From Nitrososphaerota archaeon (GTDB taxonomy: Archaea > Thermoproteota > Nitrososphaeria_A > Caldarchaeales > Calditenuaceae): a stretch of DNA of 64,000 nt. The notes beneath the pieces are model-generated. The model was not told where the DNA came from. It was given only the letters and a program-made list of their open reading frames with translations, and ran no database searches. The position numbers and the translations under genes were made by a program. This document shows positions 27,108-38,293 of this stretch, one piece after another. Location: contig JAWBQR010000004.1 in the NCBI GenBank assembly GCA_038845265.1, forward strand, positions 45,978 through 109,977, given 5' to 3'. Position 1 is the stretch's first letter, and each line of letters begins with the position of its first letter.

Positions 27108-28078
27108 CATTTTGCGTATCGATCTACAGTTTTTCGCCACTCAAACTCTCTGACAGTTATTCTATATGCATTTTCCGCTATTTTCTTCCTCAGGGCATCG
27201 TCTTCAAGCATGGCGATTATTGATTCAGCTACAGATTCAGGCGTTGGTTTTGGAATCATGTAGACGCTCTCGAGGTGCTTAAAGACCTCTGGAATGAGCC
27301 CGACGGGGGTCGAGACTGACGGAGTCATGCAGGCAGCTGCCTCAAAAACTGTTCTTGGACCGCCCTCATAACTTGAAACGCATGCAAATAGACTCGCTCT
27401 ATTATATTCTTCAGCAAGTTCTTCATGACTAATCCATGAATACTTAATCTCTACATATTTCTCAAGGTCAAGCCTACTAACTAGGCTTCCTAAGTATTTT
27501 GCCATAGGTCCCCTTCCAATTATTTTCAGATATGCATCAGGCATATTCTTGACTACTATTTTCATTGCCTTCACAAGAATATCTGGGTTTTTCTGGCATT
27601 CCATCCTTCCAACGAAAAGTATCATGGGTTCTCTGTCTTCAATACGCATTCTCGGACTAAACTTATTCAGGTCTATGTATATCGATGGTATATAAACAAT
27701 CCTTGAGTCTGTGTATTTTTTAATCTTTGCCGCGATATGTCTATTTACAGCTCTAATAAGGATGGATCGTCTTAAGACAATTGGAAGCATTATTCTGTCT
27801 CTTAGTTTTAGTATATTTTCATCTATGTAGTCTCCGTGTATTTCAGATATTAGGGGGATATTCTTGGTTAATGAGATAATGTATGCGAGTCCTCCAATCG
27901 TTGATAGTGGTTCTTGAGCAATCACTAAGTCGTAGTGAGTCCTGCTCAGCAATGAGTGGAGAAGTGCTTTACAGAATGTTTTAGGATTCTTTATCTCGAT
28001 TAGATCTATTTTGCCCCAAGCTCTCTCGAGGTCTTTGTGGGCAATTGATCTTGCTCTTGAAACCATTAATACGTGCAA
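27080..28078 (-). CDS. glycosyltransferase family 4
   Basis: C-terminal FACVSSYEGGPRTVFEAAACMTPSVSTPVGLIPEV is the GT4 nucleotide-sugar binding block. Its 3' end overlaps the convergent GT4 gene by 28 nt. Confidence 0.8.
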   Translation of the reverse strand: MHVLMVSRARSIAHKDLERAWGKIDLIEIKNPKTFCKALLHSLLSRTHYDLVIAQEPLSTIGGLAYIISLTKNIPLISEIHGDYIDENILKLRDRIMLPIVLRRSILIRAVNRHIAAKIKKYTDSRIVYIPSIYIDLNKFSPRMRIEDREPMILFVGRMECQKNPDILVKAMKIVVKNMPDAYLKIIGRGPMAKYLGSLVSRLDLEKYVEIKYSWISHEELAEEYNRASLFACVSSYEGGPRTVFEAAACMTPSVSTPVGLIPEVFKHLESVYMIPKPTPESVAESIIAMLEDDALRKKIAENAYRITVREFEWRKTVDRYAKCYLELLRAR

Positions 28079-28099
28079 TTCTATTAATTATAGCGTGTT

Positions 28100-29056
28100 T
28101 TACGAGTTTTTAAGTCTCCACTCAATGTATTTCTTAACAATGGTTTTTATATCTACTTTTGGCTCCCACCCTAGGAGTTTTCTGGCCTTCGAATTGTCAG
28201 AATAGCTGTGAAGTGCTTCGTGTGGAGAGAGTTCAGCGTATTTTATCTCTGATTTGTCTCCTCCCATTTCTTCGATAACTCTCTCGGCTAGTTCGAGTAC
28301 TGATGTTGGTCTCCCAGCTCCTAGATTGATGACTTCAAACTGCCTGTCTAATTGCCCAGCGAGTATTGTTCCGTCCGCAATATCTCCTACGTAAGTAAAG
28401 TCCCTCGTCGCGGGCTGGAACCTGCCATCTAGCCACCTGCCGTTTACTATGAGTGGTTTACCATTTAGCACATTGTCCACAAAGATCTTTAGGACTATGT
28501 TTCCCCTGCATCTCTCTCCGACAACGTTGAAGTATCTTAGTATAATACATGAAACTCCATACAGTTCGTGGTATAGTTTGCATAGTTGTTCACCAAAGTA
28601 TTTGCTCAGTGCATATGGGCCAGAGGGGTTAGGCTTCATGTCCTCTTTTAAAGGTGGAGGTGAATTCCCGTAGACACTCGAACTTGACGAAAAAACTATC
28701 TTTGGCTTAACCCTGGCGGTACGGGCTGCCTCGAGAATATTTAATAAAGTAATTGTATTCTGCTCGACGTATGAATAGGGGTCATCGATTGATAATCTAT
28801 GCGACGCAAGAGCTGCTAAGTGATAGATTGTCGTTGGTTCATACTTGTTTATTAGATTCATAATGAATTGTTTATTCACCAAGTCTCCGTAAATTATTCT
28901 CTCTTCATTAAAGGCCGGACATCCTCTCAGCTCGTTTAATATTTTTTCGTTAATCTTTTTCTTGTCGACGATGATTATTTCTTCTTCTCCTTTGTTGTAG
29001 AGCCTCTCGACTACGTGTGAGCCAATAAAGCCCAGCCCGCCTGTAACTATAATCAA
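28100..29056 (-). CDS. NAD-dependent sugar-nucleotide epimerase/dehydratase (SDR family)
   Basis: Rossmann motif IIVTGGLGFIGSHVVERL and a YxxxK region (YALSKYFGEQLC). Confidence 0.85.
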   Translation of the reverse strand: MIIVTGGLGFIGSHVVERLYNKGEEEIIIVDKKKINEKILNELRGCPAFNEERIIYGDLVNKQFIMNLINKYEPTTIYHLAALASHRLSIDDPYSYVEQNTITLLNILEAARTARVKPKIVFSSSSSVYGNSPPPLKEDMKPNPSGPYALSKYFGEQLCKLYHELYGVSCIILRYFNVVGERCRGNIVLKIFVDNVLNGKPLIVNGRWLDGRFQPATRDFTYVGDIADGTILAGQLDRQFEVINLGAGRPTSVLELAERVIEEMGGDKSEIKYAELSPHEALHSYSDNSKARKLLGWEPKVDIKTIVKKYIEWRLKNS

Positions 29057-29299
29057 TCTACACCACTCATCGTTTAAATGTGGGATAATTTATTCCCTAA
29101 CTTAAGTAATGCAAAATGGATTGATATTTCCAAAGAATACTTATAAGGACCTAGGTTAATGATTAATTACGGAGCCCAGGGCTACAAGGCGGCGTCGCCC
29201 CAGAGACCAGAGTGAAGATCTGGGGCTATGAAGAGGGCGATCTCCAGCTCTGGGCAAAGAATGAGGACCCAAGTATTAACGAATGCTTGGGTCTAATGT

Positions 29300-29333
29300 G
29301 GGCCACGGTTCAGAGAAATGAACCCGCCACCCC
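29300..29333 (+). repeat. 5' half of 16S pre-rRNA processing stem (inverted repeat partner of 30843-30874)
   Basis: GGGCCACGG ... CCCGCCACCC just upstream of the 16S gene is complementary to GGGUGGCGG ... CCGUGGCCC just downstream. Internal AGAG/CUCU pairing suggests a bulge-helix-bulge-like processing site. Confidence 0.6.
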
Positions 29334-29339
29334 AGGCAG

Positions 29340-30831
<1,492 letters not shown>

Positions 30832-30842
30832 GAGAATGCCTA

Positions 30843-30874
30843 GGGTGGCGGAGCTCTCAGATGAGCCGTGGCCC
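30843..30874 (+). repeat. 3' half of 16S pre-rRNA processing stem
   Basis: See 29300-29333: GGGTGGCGG-agctctcagatga-GCCGTGGCCC is complementary to the upstream flank. Confidence 0.6.
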
Positions 30875-31039
30875 ATTTACAATAATGATTGCATTAATTT
30901 ATTTTATATTATTTTTATGAATAATATCGCATTGCCTCCGTTCTGTGGTAAATATTCATTCCTATTCGCCGAGCTGTGGCATGTCTTGCTGTGTAAGGAA
31001 TCATAAGTGCTGAGAGAGGCCAAGTCCAAGATATGCTGC

Positions 31040-32668
31040 TTATTTTTTATAGGTGGTCGTCAAAAAGTCTGGAAGCACTTTTTCAGTTGTTGTAATATGG
31101 GCGTCAAGTACGTTTACCCCTCCGTTCTTCAAGGCATTTTTGATAAACTCCCCTACTTCCTCTCTATTTGTGGCCACTGCTGAGTAGGCGCCATATGCTT
31201 TAGCAATCATCTCTATGCTTGGACTCTTATAATCACATGCGATGAGTCTGCCTCCGAAGCTGCGCTCCTGATAATCCCTGATCGATCCGTATCCTGAATC
31301 ATTCATGACGATTACTGTTAGGTCTATGCCAAGCTCGACTGCAGTGGCGAGTTCCTGACTCGACATGATAAAGCTTCCATCACCAACAAAGGCTAATACA
31401 TTCTTGTCTGGCCTCGCAAGTTTTGCACCAATTGCAGCAGGCAAGGCGAACCCCATCGCAGAGTTTCCTGCTGAGCAGAGATATCTCCTAGGCTCAGACA
31501 ATCTAACCCGCGTCACAGTGTGCCAAAATGAATAACCCGTATCTACTGAAATAATGCTATCACTAGGAATATGTCTCAGAACTTCATTGACAGTCATTGA
31601 GGCGGTAAGTTGGGAGGACGAGGAGTCAGAAATAACTGACTCTCTGCGACCCACGTATTTTTTATACCAATCCTTGTCTAAGCTTATCTCTGAAAGTCTC
31701 AACTCGAGAAGGGTTATCAACGATGTGAGGAAAGCCTTTGCATCAGAGTTGATTGCTAATGTAGGTTTATAATTTCTTCCCAGCTCCTCCGCGTCGATAT
31801 CCACATGTATTAACTGGTTTATTTTTAATCTCCAAGCACCTGTTGACCTCTCAGAGAACCTGCACCCAATAGCTAGTACAAGGTCAGCTTCTGAGACACA
31901 ATTCATCGCTTCTTCTGTAAATAGTAGGCCGATGAACTGGGGATCAAATTCATTAAATGACCCCTTCCCCATTATTGTCGTGCAGACCGGCGCTCCTAGC
32001 AGGTGGACCAGCTTTGAAGCTTCTCGACACGCACCAGATGATACAACACCCCCACCTAAGATTATTAAAATCTTAGAAGATTTTGAAATTAGTCTAAATG
32101 CTGCTTCGACTTCTTCACGAGATGGAGTAGGTATTGGCTTCTCTTCTCTTCTATATGGAAGCAGGTCCGACTCGGCTGAGAGATAATCAAAGGGCAGTTC
32201 AACGAATACAGGTCTCTTTCTCCCAGTCATAGAGAAATCATAGGCCTCCCAAACCACTTTGAGAACTTCTGATGCACTGGTAGGTCGGATTGATAGTTTA
32301 GTAATCGGCTTAAAGATAGATAACTGGTCATATTCATGTATTCCTCCCTTACCCCACGTGTTTGTCTTTAGCCCTCCTGCCAGTATCAAGACTGGCTGTG
32401 AGTCAAGATAAGCATTGGCAACAGCCGTCACTGCATTCGTGGCACCCGGACCAGCCGCTAACAGACAGACCCCCGGCTCGCCGCTGGCCCTTGCATATCC
32501 ATCAGCCATACTCGCAGCTCCAGCCTCGTGGCGCGCCAATACATGTCTTATCCTAATCGAGTCTCTTAACGCATCATATAATGGAAGCGTATGTACACCA
32601 GGGATTCCAAACACATATTTAACTCCTAGATCTTCTAAAAGACGAATCAATGCATCAGCAACCCTCAA
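31040..32668 (-). CDS. thiamine-pyrophosphate enzyme, acetolactate-synthase-large-subunit family
   Basis: N-terminal Pyr domain (GIPGVHTLPLYDAL...GYARASGEPGVCLLAAGPGATN), a central FAD-like domain and a C-terminal TPP motif GDGSF...N (VGDGSFIMSSQELATAVELGIDLTVIVMNDSGYG). Confidence 0.75.
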   Translation of the reverse strand: MRVADALIRLLEDLGVKYVFGIPGVHTLPLYDALRDSIRIRHVLARHEAGAASMADGYARASGEPGVCLLAAGPGATNAVTAVANAYLDSQPVLILAGGLKTNTWGKGGIHEYDQLSIFKPITKLSIRPTSASEVLKVVWEAYDFSMTGRKRPVFVELPFDYLSAESDLLPYRREEKPIPTPSREEVEAAFRLISKSSKILIILGGGVVSSGACREASKLVHLLGAPVCTTIMGKGSFNEFDPQFIGLLFTEEAMNCVSEADLVLAIGCRFSERSTGAWRLKINQLIHVDIDAEELGRNYKPTLAINSDAKAFLTSLITLLELRLSEISLDKDWYKKYVGRRESVISDSSSSQLTASMTVNEVLRHIPSDSIISVDTGYSFWHTVTRVRLSEPRRYLCSAGNSAMGFALPAAIGAKLARPDKNVLAFVGDGSFIMSSQELATAVELGIDLTVIVMNDSGYGSIRDYQERSFGGRLIACDYKSPSIEMIAKAYGAYSAVATNREEVGEFIKNALKNGGVNVLDAHITTTEKVLPDFLTTTYKK

Positions 32669-32792
32669 TGCCCATCACATGAAATAGTAAAAATTGACGT
32701 CGTAATAAATGGATAATCGATATACGTTTAGAGATTCCTGTTGTAATTATATAAAAAGTTAATTTTTAGCTCAGCATTCTTTAATGTAGCTG

Positions 32793-34052
32793 ATGGCATC
32801 ATTTGAGTCTTTGTGGATCTGGGATGACGAAAGAGTTAAAGAGAGGCTAAACTGGTACTTAGCCGTCTCCACAAACAGACTACCTGCAAAGAATCTTATC
32901 TGTCGTAGAATACCTGCCGAATTTGATCCGACAGATGAAGAAAATGAGCTTTGGAAGATCCATCAAAGATGTGCTGAAAAATTCCAAGAAGTATTGAAGG
33001 CTATTAGGGATGAAGATTTAAGGCTAGAGGAGCTAGAAATCCCGACGCAGAGCCTTCTAGATTTAAAGTTAGAATTAGTCAGGAGAATGCTTAGACACTG
33101 CAATTTTTGTAGATGGAAATGTGGGGTCGATAGAGTTCTAGAAAAGAAGGTAGGTACGTGCCAGCTTGGAAAAGACAGTCGCGTATCGACCTACTTTCAT
33201 CACATGGGAGAAGAAATACCGATCCGTGGCAGAAGAGGTTCCGGCACAATATTCTTCACTTCCTGTAACTTGAGGTGTGGATTCTGTCAAAATGGCGACA
33301 TTAGTAAGGATAAGGATAATGGAATTATCGTTACACCGAGACAATTAGCAATAATGATGTGGGAGCTAAGGATGGAGGGGTGCCACAATGTAAATCTTGT
33401 AGGAGGAGAACCGACAATGCATCTACACACAATAATTGAAGCCGTTACCCAACTCGAAAATATCAAGCCGACCAATGAAGAGCTTCAATACATATGGAGC
33501 GTTAAGTCAGACTATTTCTTTTCATATAGGAGAAACGCGTCTGAGGCTACATACCATGGAATACTGAACGTGCCAATTCTTTGGAATAGTAATATGTTCA
33601 TGAGCCAAGAGTCAATGAATATACTTAGGGAGATAGTTGATATCTGGCTGCCGGACTTTAAGTTCGGAAATGATAGATGCTCGGTTAGATTAGCGAAGAC
33701 TCCGTGGTATTGGGAGACAGTGACTCGTAATCATAGGTTAATCTACGATTGGGGCGAGGACATAATCATCAGGCACTTAGTAATGCCAAATCATGTTGAA
33801 TGCTGCACAAAACCGGTTTTAGGCTGGATATCTAAAAATATGCCCGGCGTCCTCATCAACATAATGGATCAATATCACCCAGATTGTTTTGCCGACCCCT
33901 CCTCACCAAATTATGATCCAAGGCTGTCAGACATTGCTAGAAGACCAACTCCTCAAGAATTATTGGAGGCATATAGCTATGCGAAAAAGCTAGGACTTAA
34001 TTTCGAAACCATTAGCTGGGAGAAAAATACCACGAGGCTACGATTATTATAA
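32793..34052 (+). CDS. radical SAM protein, PflX-like (pyruvate-formate-lyase-activase-related, COG1313-type)
   Basis: Radical SAM cluster CNLRCGFCQN (Cx3Cx2C). An additional upstream Cys cluster HCNFCRWKCG...GTC. The C-terminal half resembles PflA-family activases. Confidence 0.6.
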   Translation: MASFESLWIWDDERVKERLNWYLAVSTNRLPAKNLICRRIPAEFDPTDEENELWKIHQRCAEKFQEVLKAIRDEDLRLEELEIPTQSLLDLKLELVRRMLRHCNFCRWKCGVDRVLEKKVGTCQLGKDSRVSTYFHHMGEEIPIRGRRGSGTIFFTSCNLRCGFCQNGDISKDKDNGIIVTPRQLAIMMWELRMEGCHNVNLVGGEPTMHLHTIIEAVTQLENIKPTNEELQYIWSVKSDYFFSYRRNASEATYHGILNVPILWNSNMFMSQESMNILREIVDIWLPDFKFGNDRCSVRLAKTPWYWETVTRNHRLIYDWGEDIIIRHLVMPNHVECCTKPVLGWISKNMPGVLINIMDQYHPDCFADPSSPNYDPRLSDIARRPTPQELLEAYSYAKKLGLNFETISWEKNTTRLRLL

Positions 34053-34057
34053 ATCAA

Positions 34058-34519
34058 TTATCTCTTCTTCGCTAATCGTAAATTCCTTGCTTTATTTATC
34101 AATTGAGTAGTGCTATATTTTTTTCTCGATGAGAAAACAGGCGCCCTAACTATTCTTATATCCCATTTATGCTTTCTTGCCTCATCTTTGAAACTACTCA
34201 TTACTTCTTCTTGATCATATCCAAAAACTACGATGTTTGGTCTATATTTCTCAATAATTTTTTTAAAGCTCATAGGTTTGAATCCAAGTACTGCCTTGTC
34301 GACGTATCGAATTGAATTAACGACCTTTAATCTATCGGATTCTGATAAGATTGGTTTTCTTCCTTTTCTTTTTAGAACGGTGATGTCTCGTGCGATTACT
34401 ACTATTAGTTTTCCTTTATTGCCTGCTAGTTTTTTTGCATATCTCAGTAGGAATATATGTCCTGGATGGATAAGGTCAAATGCACCGCTTGTGATGACTA
34501 CTCTAGGACTACTCACCAT
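34058..34519 (-). CDS. cytidylyltransferase-fold nucleotidyltransferase, archaeal FAD synthetase (RibL)-like
   Basis: (H/T)xGH-type motif SGAFDLIHPGHIFLL...LIVVIARD. 153 aa. It overlaps the downstream diphthine synthase gene, so they form an operon. Confidence 0.7.
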   Translation of the reverse strand: MVSSPRVVITSGAFDLIHPGHIFLLRYAKKLAGNKGKLIVVIARDITVLKRKGRKPILSESDRLKVVNSIRYVDKAVLGFKPMSFKKIIEKYRPNIVVFGYDQEEVMSSFKDEARKHKWDIRIVRAPVFSSRKKYSTTQLINKARNLRLAKKR

Positions 34520-35559
34520 TTAAACGACACCTTTCCAAGCATCCTTAAGCAGTCTAACAGTCCTTCAGCATAGGATATAGCTATCAATGAGTCCTCAGTC
34601 CTGCCGGACAATAAAAAACTTTGCGAGTCATAAACATATGTCGAGGCAAGTTCTACAACTTCTTGGGCTTCTAAATCTACGGGTTCTTTTCTTATTTTTC
34701 CCAAGACACCCTGAGTCTTATCGATGTATTTTTTAGCTCTCTGCCTTGAAGTGCTTATTGGGTGATGATTATCAATCATTTTGTAATCGCAGTACGCAAT
34801 CATTTTCAATGACTCCTTCTCTACGAAGTTTAACTCTCCTGGAAGTATCATTACGTGTGGTGGGGGAGGCAGGCTTAGTTCTTTTAGATCTTTTATTGCG
34901 TAGCACTTCTTAGATGCTGTTCGCATGCCGACGTGTAGTAGAACAACTGCGATTCTGTCATCCCTGAAGAGCCCCCATCCTAATTTTTCCTCGATCCTTG
35001 ATAGGTACTCTGCCGCCTCTTGAGCCGTCACTCCTCCGTCCGCAGTGTCTAGAAGAACCAATGTGTGAAGCCCGTGTTCCTGATTATTAGCAATGACTCG
35101 GTAAATGCCCTCCATTATCTCCATCGATGCTGCTCTAGGAACCGTTACTATCCTGCCGAATTTATAGGCAGAGAGCCCTGAGTAACTCGCGGCAGCTGAG
35201 ATTATTGAGACACCGTGAATTACTTTTACACATATTCCCCTCTTGACTGCCTCTAGAAGTATGGCTATATGCGTCGTAGCAATGAATGGATCCCCCGAAG
35301 TGGCGATTGCTATCTTGTTTCTACTAGCCTCATCTATGATTTTGTACAAGTTATTTTCAATGGTTGTCCTCTCTGCGAAGATTAGACGATCCTTTAATAA
35401 CTCTCTCAAATAATCAATTAACTCGCTTGAAATATGGCCGGTGTACATATCTAGATAGACTTTTTCAGACTCGAGAAGTGCTTCTTCTGCTGCCCTTGTT
35501 AGATAGTCCTTTGAGCCTAGGCCTAATCCTACAAAATTAATGGTCATCCCTTGAGGCAT
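34513..35559 (-). CDS. dph5: diphthine synthase (Dph5, tetrapyrrole-methylase fold) with ~85-aa C-terminal extension
   Basis: MTINFVGLGLGSKDYLT...YLDMYT, GLHTLVLLD and HVMILPGELNFVEKE follow Dph5 block order. Dph5 is usually ~260 aa; this one is 348 aa. Confidence 0.7.
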   Translation of the reverse strand: MPQGMTINFVGLGLGSKDYLTRAAEEALLESEKVYLDMYTGHISSELIDYLRELLKDRLIFAERTTIENNLYKIIDEASRNKIAIATSGDPFIATTHIAILLEAVKRGICVKVIHGVSIISAAASYSGLSAYKFGRIVTVPRAASMEIMEGIYRVIANNQEHGLHTLVLLDTADGGVTAQEAAEYLSRIEEKLGWGLFRDDRIAVVLLHVGMRTASKKCYAIKDLKELSLPPPPHVMILPGELNFVEKESLKMIAYCDYKMIDNHHPISTSRQRAKKYIDKTQGVLGKIRKEPVDLEAQEVVELASTYVYDSQSFLLSGRTEDSLIAISYAEGLLDCLRMLGKVSFKW

Positions 35560-35636
35560 TTAACCTGAAAATCAATAATTATATCTATCTTTTTCGATAT
35601 AAAATATTTTAGTAGTTGAGTTGGGGCTTTGTGTTG

Positions 35637-36635
35637 ATGAAAGGGGTGATTCTTGCTGCTGGCCGTGGAAAACGACTTAACCCCCTAACATCTCGGAGAC
35701 CAAAGCATCTATTACCAATAATTGATAAGCCACTCATCAGAAAAGTCGTTGAAGCAGTAGCAGAGACAGGAATCAATGATATATGCATCGTAGTAGGTTA
35801 TGGCTCTGAGAAGATAATAGAAGCCCTCAAGAATTTCACCAAAATAAATATTACCTTTGCAGTCCAGAGAGAGCAGCTCGGGACTGCTGATGCGCTCCTC
35901 TCCGCAGAAAGCTTTTTGAAAGATGCAGATAAATTCTTAGTGGTTTACGGAGACCTCACACTTGAACCTCAGCCTCTGAAAGAGTTGATTAAAATTGTTG
36001 ATTTAGGCTACGATGGAGGAATTATTGGCATTAAACATAGTGAGGGAAAAAGATTCGGCGTCATATCGCTGAAAAATGGAATGTTGGAGAGGATAGTTGA
36101 AAAGCCTGATACGGTTGTATCTACAGCGTTGATTAATTCGGGAATATATGTCTTGCCCCGAGAAGTGCTCGAGGCTGCTAGGAGGATTAGTAAGTCAATA
36201 AGGGGCGAGTATGAATTAACTGATGCAGTAACAAAGCTAGTTGAGGATGAGTATAGAATAGCTGTACATGTAGTAGAAGGAGAGTGGTGGCTCGACGTGG
36301 GACGACCGAGCGATTTATTAATAGCAAATTTAAGAAATCTATCAAATTCTTATATTCATAATGATGCAAAGATATCTAATGAAGCAGTTATACAATCTTC
36401 AGTTATAATGAAAGATGTAAAAGTAGACCAAAGAGCAAATATTAAATCATCACTAGTATTAGAAAATGCTTATATCCGTCCGAGTGTTTTGCTAAATTAT
36501 TGTATTATTGGCGAAGATGCTGAAATTGGAGATTATTCATGTCTGAATGGAGAATTGTCACAACCCATTGTTGTGGGCCCCGGAGTGAGGGTGCCTCCTA
36601 AAACACAGGCACCTCCAGGAACTATTTTTCAGTAA
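35637..36635 (+). CDS. sugar-phosphate nucleotidyltransferase (G1P thymidylyl/uridylyl-transferase-like) with C-terminal left-handed beta-helix
   Basis: MKGVILAAGRGKRLNPLTSRRPKHLLPI is the NTP-transferase signature. Hexapeptide-like repeats lie in the last ~90 aa. ATG 35637 is preferred over TTG 35616. Confidence 0.85.
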   Translation: MKGVILAAGRGKRLNPLTSRRPKHLLPIIDKPLIRKVVEAVAETGINDICIVVGYGSEKIIEALKNFTKINITFAVQREQLGTADALLSAESFLKDADKFLVVYGDLTLEPQPLKELIKIVDLGYDGGIIGIKHSEGKRFGVISLKNGMLERIVEKPDTVVSTALINSGIYVLPREVLEAARRISKSIRGEYELTDAVTKLVEDEYRIAVHVVEGEWWLDVGRPSDLLIANLRNLSNSYIHNDAKISNEAVIQSSVIMKDVKVDQRANIKSSLVLENAYIRPSVLLNYCIIGEDAEIGDYSCLNGELSQPIVVGPGVRVPPKTQAPPGTIFQ

Positions 36636-37212
36636 CGCAGAGAAAATTACTCATTTCCTTAGCTAAAAGCTTAGCGACTCTTATTGGTTCCGGAACCTTC
36701 CCACTAATTGTTAATTTATTAAGTATTGTCTTTGCTTCCTTCATTGTGATTCCTATTCTTCTTATGTAAATCGTATGATTTGTCCATATCTTGACTTCCT
36801 CTCTCGGTCCGTTCGCCTCATATACTGCTAATCGTTTCTCCCAATCAGCTGGAAATCTTCTCTTAATATTCTCAGATAGTCCTTCAGATGGGTTATAAGT
36901 AAGGCATAATAGTGGGAGATTAACGGCCTGGGAGACGGCGTTTAAGTCAATTATATTGAAGAGACTGATTATGCATCCGTTTAACAATATTATGTTTATG
37001 TCATTTCTGTTTAGAGATTTAAACATTTTTATGATGGCATCTGTGGAATCCATGCCCATCACGGTGCATGTTCCAAGTGTAAAGCCATCAATTATTCCGT
37101 CTGCCCTCATCACTACGCCCGCTAATGCAGCACGAGGCGAAACTTTCTCTTTGAAGCTCTCAGCTATTCCTAAGACTCGATAAGCCTTCTTGTAAGGTGT
37201 AAACTTTTTCAT
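36622..37212 (-). CDS. DUF99/UPF0215-family protein (predicted EndoV-like fold nuclease)
   Basis: 196 aa with the N-terminal block RVLGIAESF...AALAGVVMRADGIIDGF typical of archaeal UPF0215 proteins. The assignment is from memory and is of low reliability. Confidence 0.35.
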   Translation of the reverse strand: MKKFTPYKKAYRVLGIAESFKEKVSPRAALAGVVMRADGIIDGFTLGTCTVMGMDSTDAIIKMFKSLNRNDINIILLNGCIISLFNIIDLNAVSQAVNLPLLCLTYNPSEGLSENIKRRFPADWEKRLAVYEANGPREEVKIWTNHTIYIRRIGITMKEAKTILNKLTISGKVPEPIRVAKLLAKEMSNFLCVTEK

Positions 37213-37263
37213 CCTAGATTCATTGCTCCTTTTACGGTAATAAGCATATAAAGGGTCTTTAAT

Positions 37264-38217
37264 CTATTCTGTCAATGCTTTAACTACATTTAGCCATGCA
37301 TTTGCCACGTTGTTAGGATTATATCCACCCCCGCCCATCGCTACAATCCTACTATCACATTTCTTTTCAGCCAATTCCCTTAACTTTTTAGCGGCATAAT
37401 AGTGAGAACTCGGAGAATATTCAAGCCTAGTGAGGGGGTCATCCTCAAGGCAGTCGGCACCACACTGAAAGAAGATTATATCGAATTCGTGATTCAATAA
37501 AAATTGTTCTCCTTTTCTGAATGCTTCTTTGAAGGAATCGTCGCCGGATCCTGGGGGTAGCGGTATGTTTAATTTTGTATTCTCGGCTTTGCCTCTTCCT
37601 CTTTCATATTCATACCCCGTGCCTGGATATAATGTTCGTCCATCTTGATGTATATCGAGAAAAATTACTCGTGGGTCGTCCTCAAATTCATAGTAAACCC
37701 CATCACCATGATGCGCATCAATATCTACATATGCCACCGAACGGCAATTTCCCTTCGATAACGCATAAGCAATGGCAACTGCTGCGTCATTAAATATGCA
37801 GAAACCGCCCGCACGGTCACGTCTAGCATGGTGAAGTCCACCCATCGGGTTAAATCCAGAATAAAACTCTCCATTCAATACTTCTTTAAGGATCATTAGG
37901 GTAGCTCCGACGGTGTAGGATGCCGCTTCAAAACATCCAGGATATGCTGGGGTGTCTCCATAATCCAAGTATCCAATTCCTTGACGACACTTCTTCTCAA
38001 CATACTCAATATATTCAGGATAATGAAAAAGAGCTATCTCATCCTTGCTTGCGAGTACCGGCTCCATAAATCTAATCTTATCTTTGAATTGCTCAATATT
38101 CATATCTAAGAGTTCGAAAAACCTGACGATTCTCTCTTTATTCATTGGATGACTTCCTGGAAAACTATATGTCAAGAGTTGAGGACCCCTAGCTATTACG
38201 AACACTTTGTTTCTCAT
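37264..38217 (-). CDS. histone-deacetylase-family amidohydrolase (AcuC/HDAC class)
   Basis: Zinc-site motifs GFCIFNDAAVA, DIDAHHGDGV and a C-terminal GGGGY. Confidence 0.85.
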   Translation of the reverse strand: MRNKVFVIARGPQLLTYSFPGSHPMNKERIVRFFELLDMNIEQFKDKIRFMEPVLASKDEIALFHYPEYIEYVEKKCRQGIGYLDYGDTPAYPGCFEAASYTVGATLMILKEVLNGEFYSGFNPMGGLHHARRDRAGGFCIFNDAAVAIAYALSKGNCRSVAYVDIDAHHGDGVYYEFEDDPRVIFLDIHQDGRTLYPGTGYEYERGRGKAENTKLNIPLPPGSGDDSFKEAFRKGEQFLLNHEFDIIFFQCGADCLEDDPLTRLEYSPSSHYYAAKKLRELAEKKCDSRIVAMGGGGYNPNNVANAWLNVVKALTE

Positions 38218-38293
38218 TTCTTGCTAAAAATCATTTAATGGCTCCCTAAAAATGCTTTTAATTTACACTTCCAAACTACCAAGATGGATGCTG

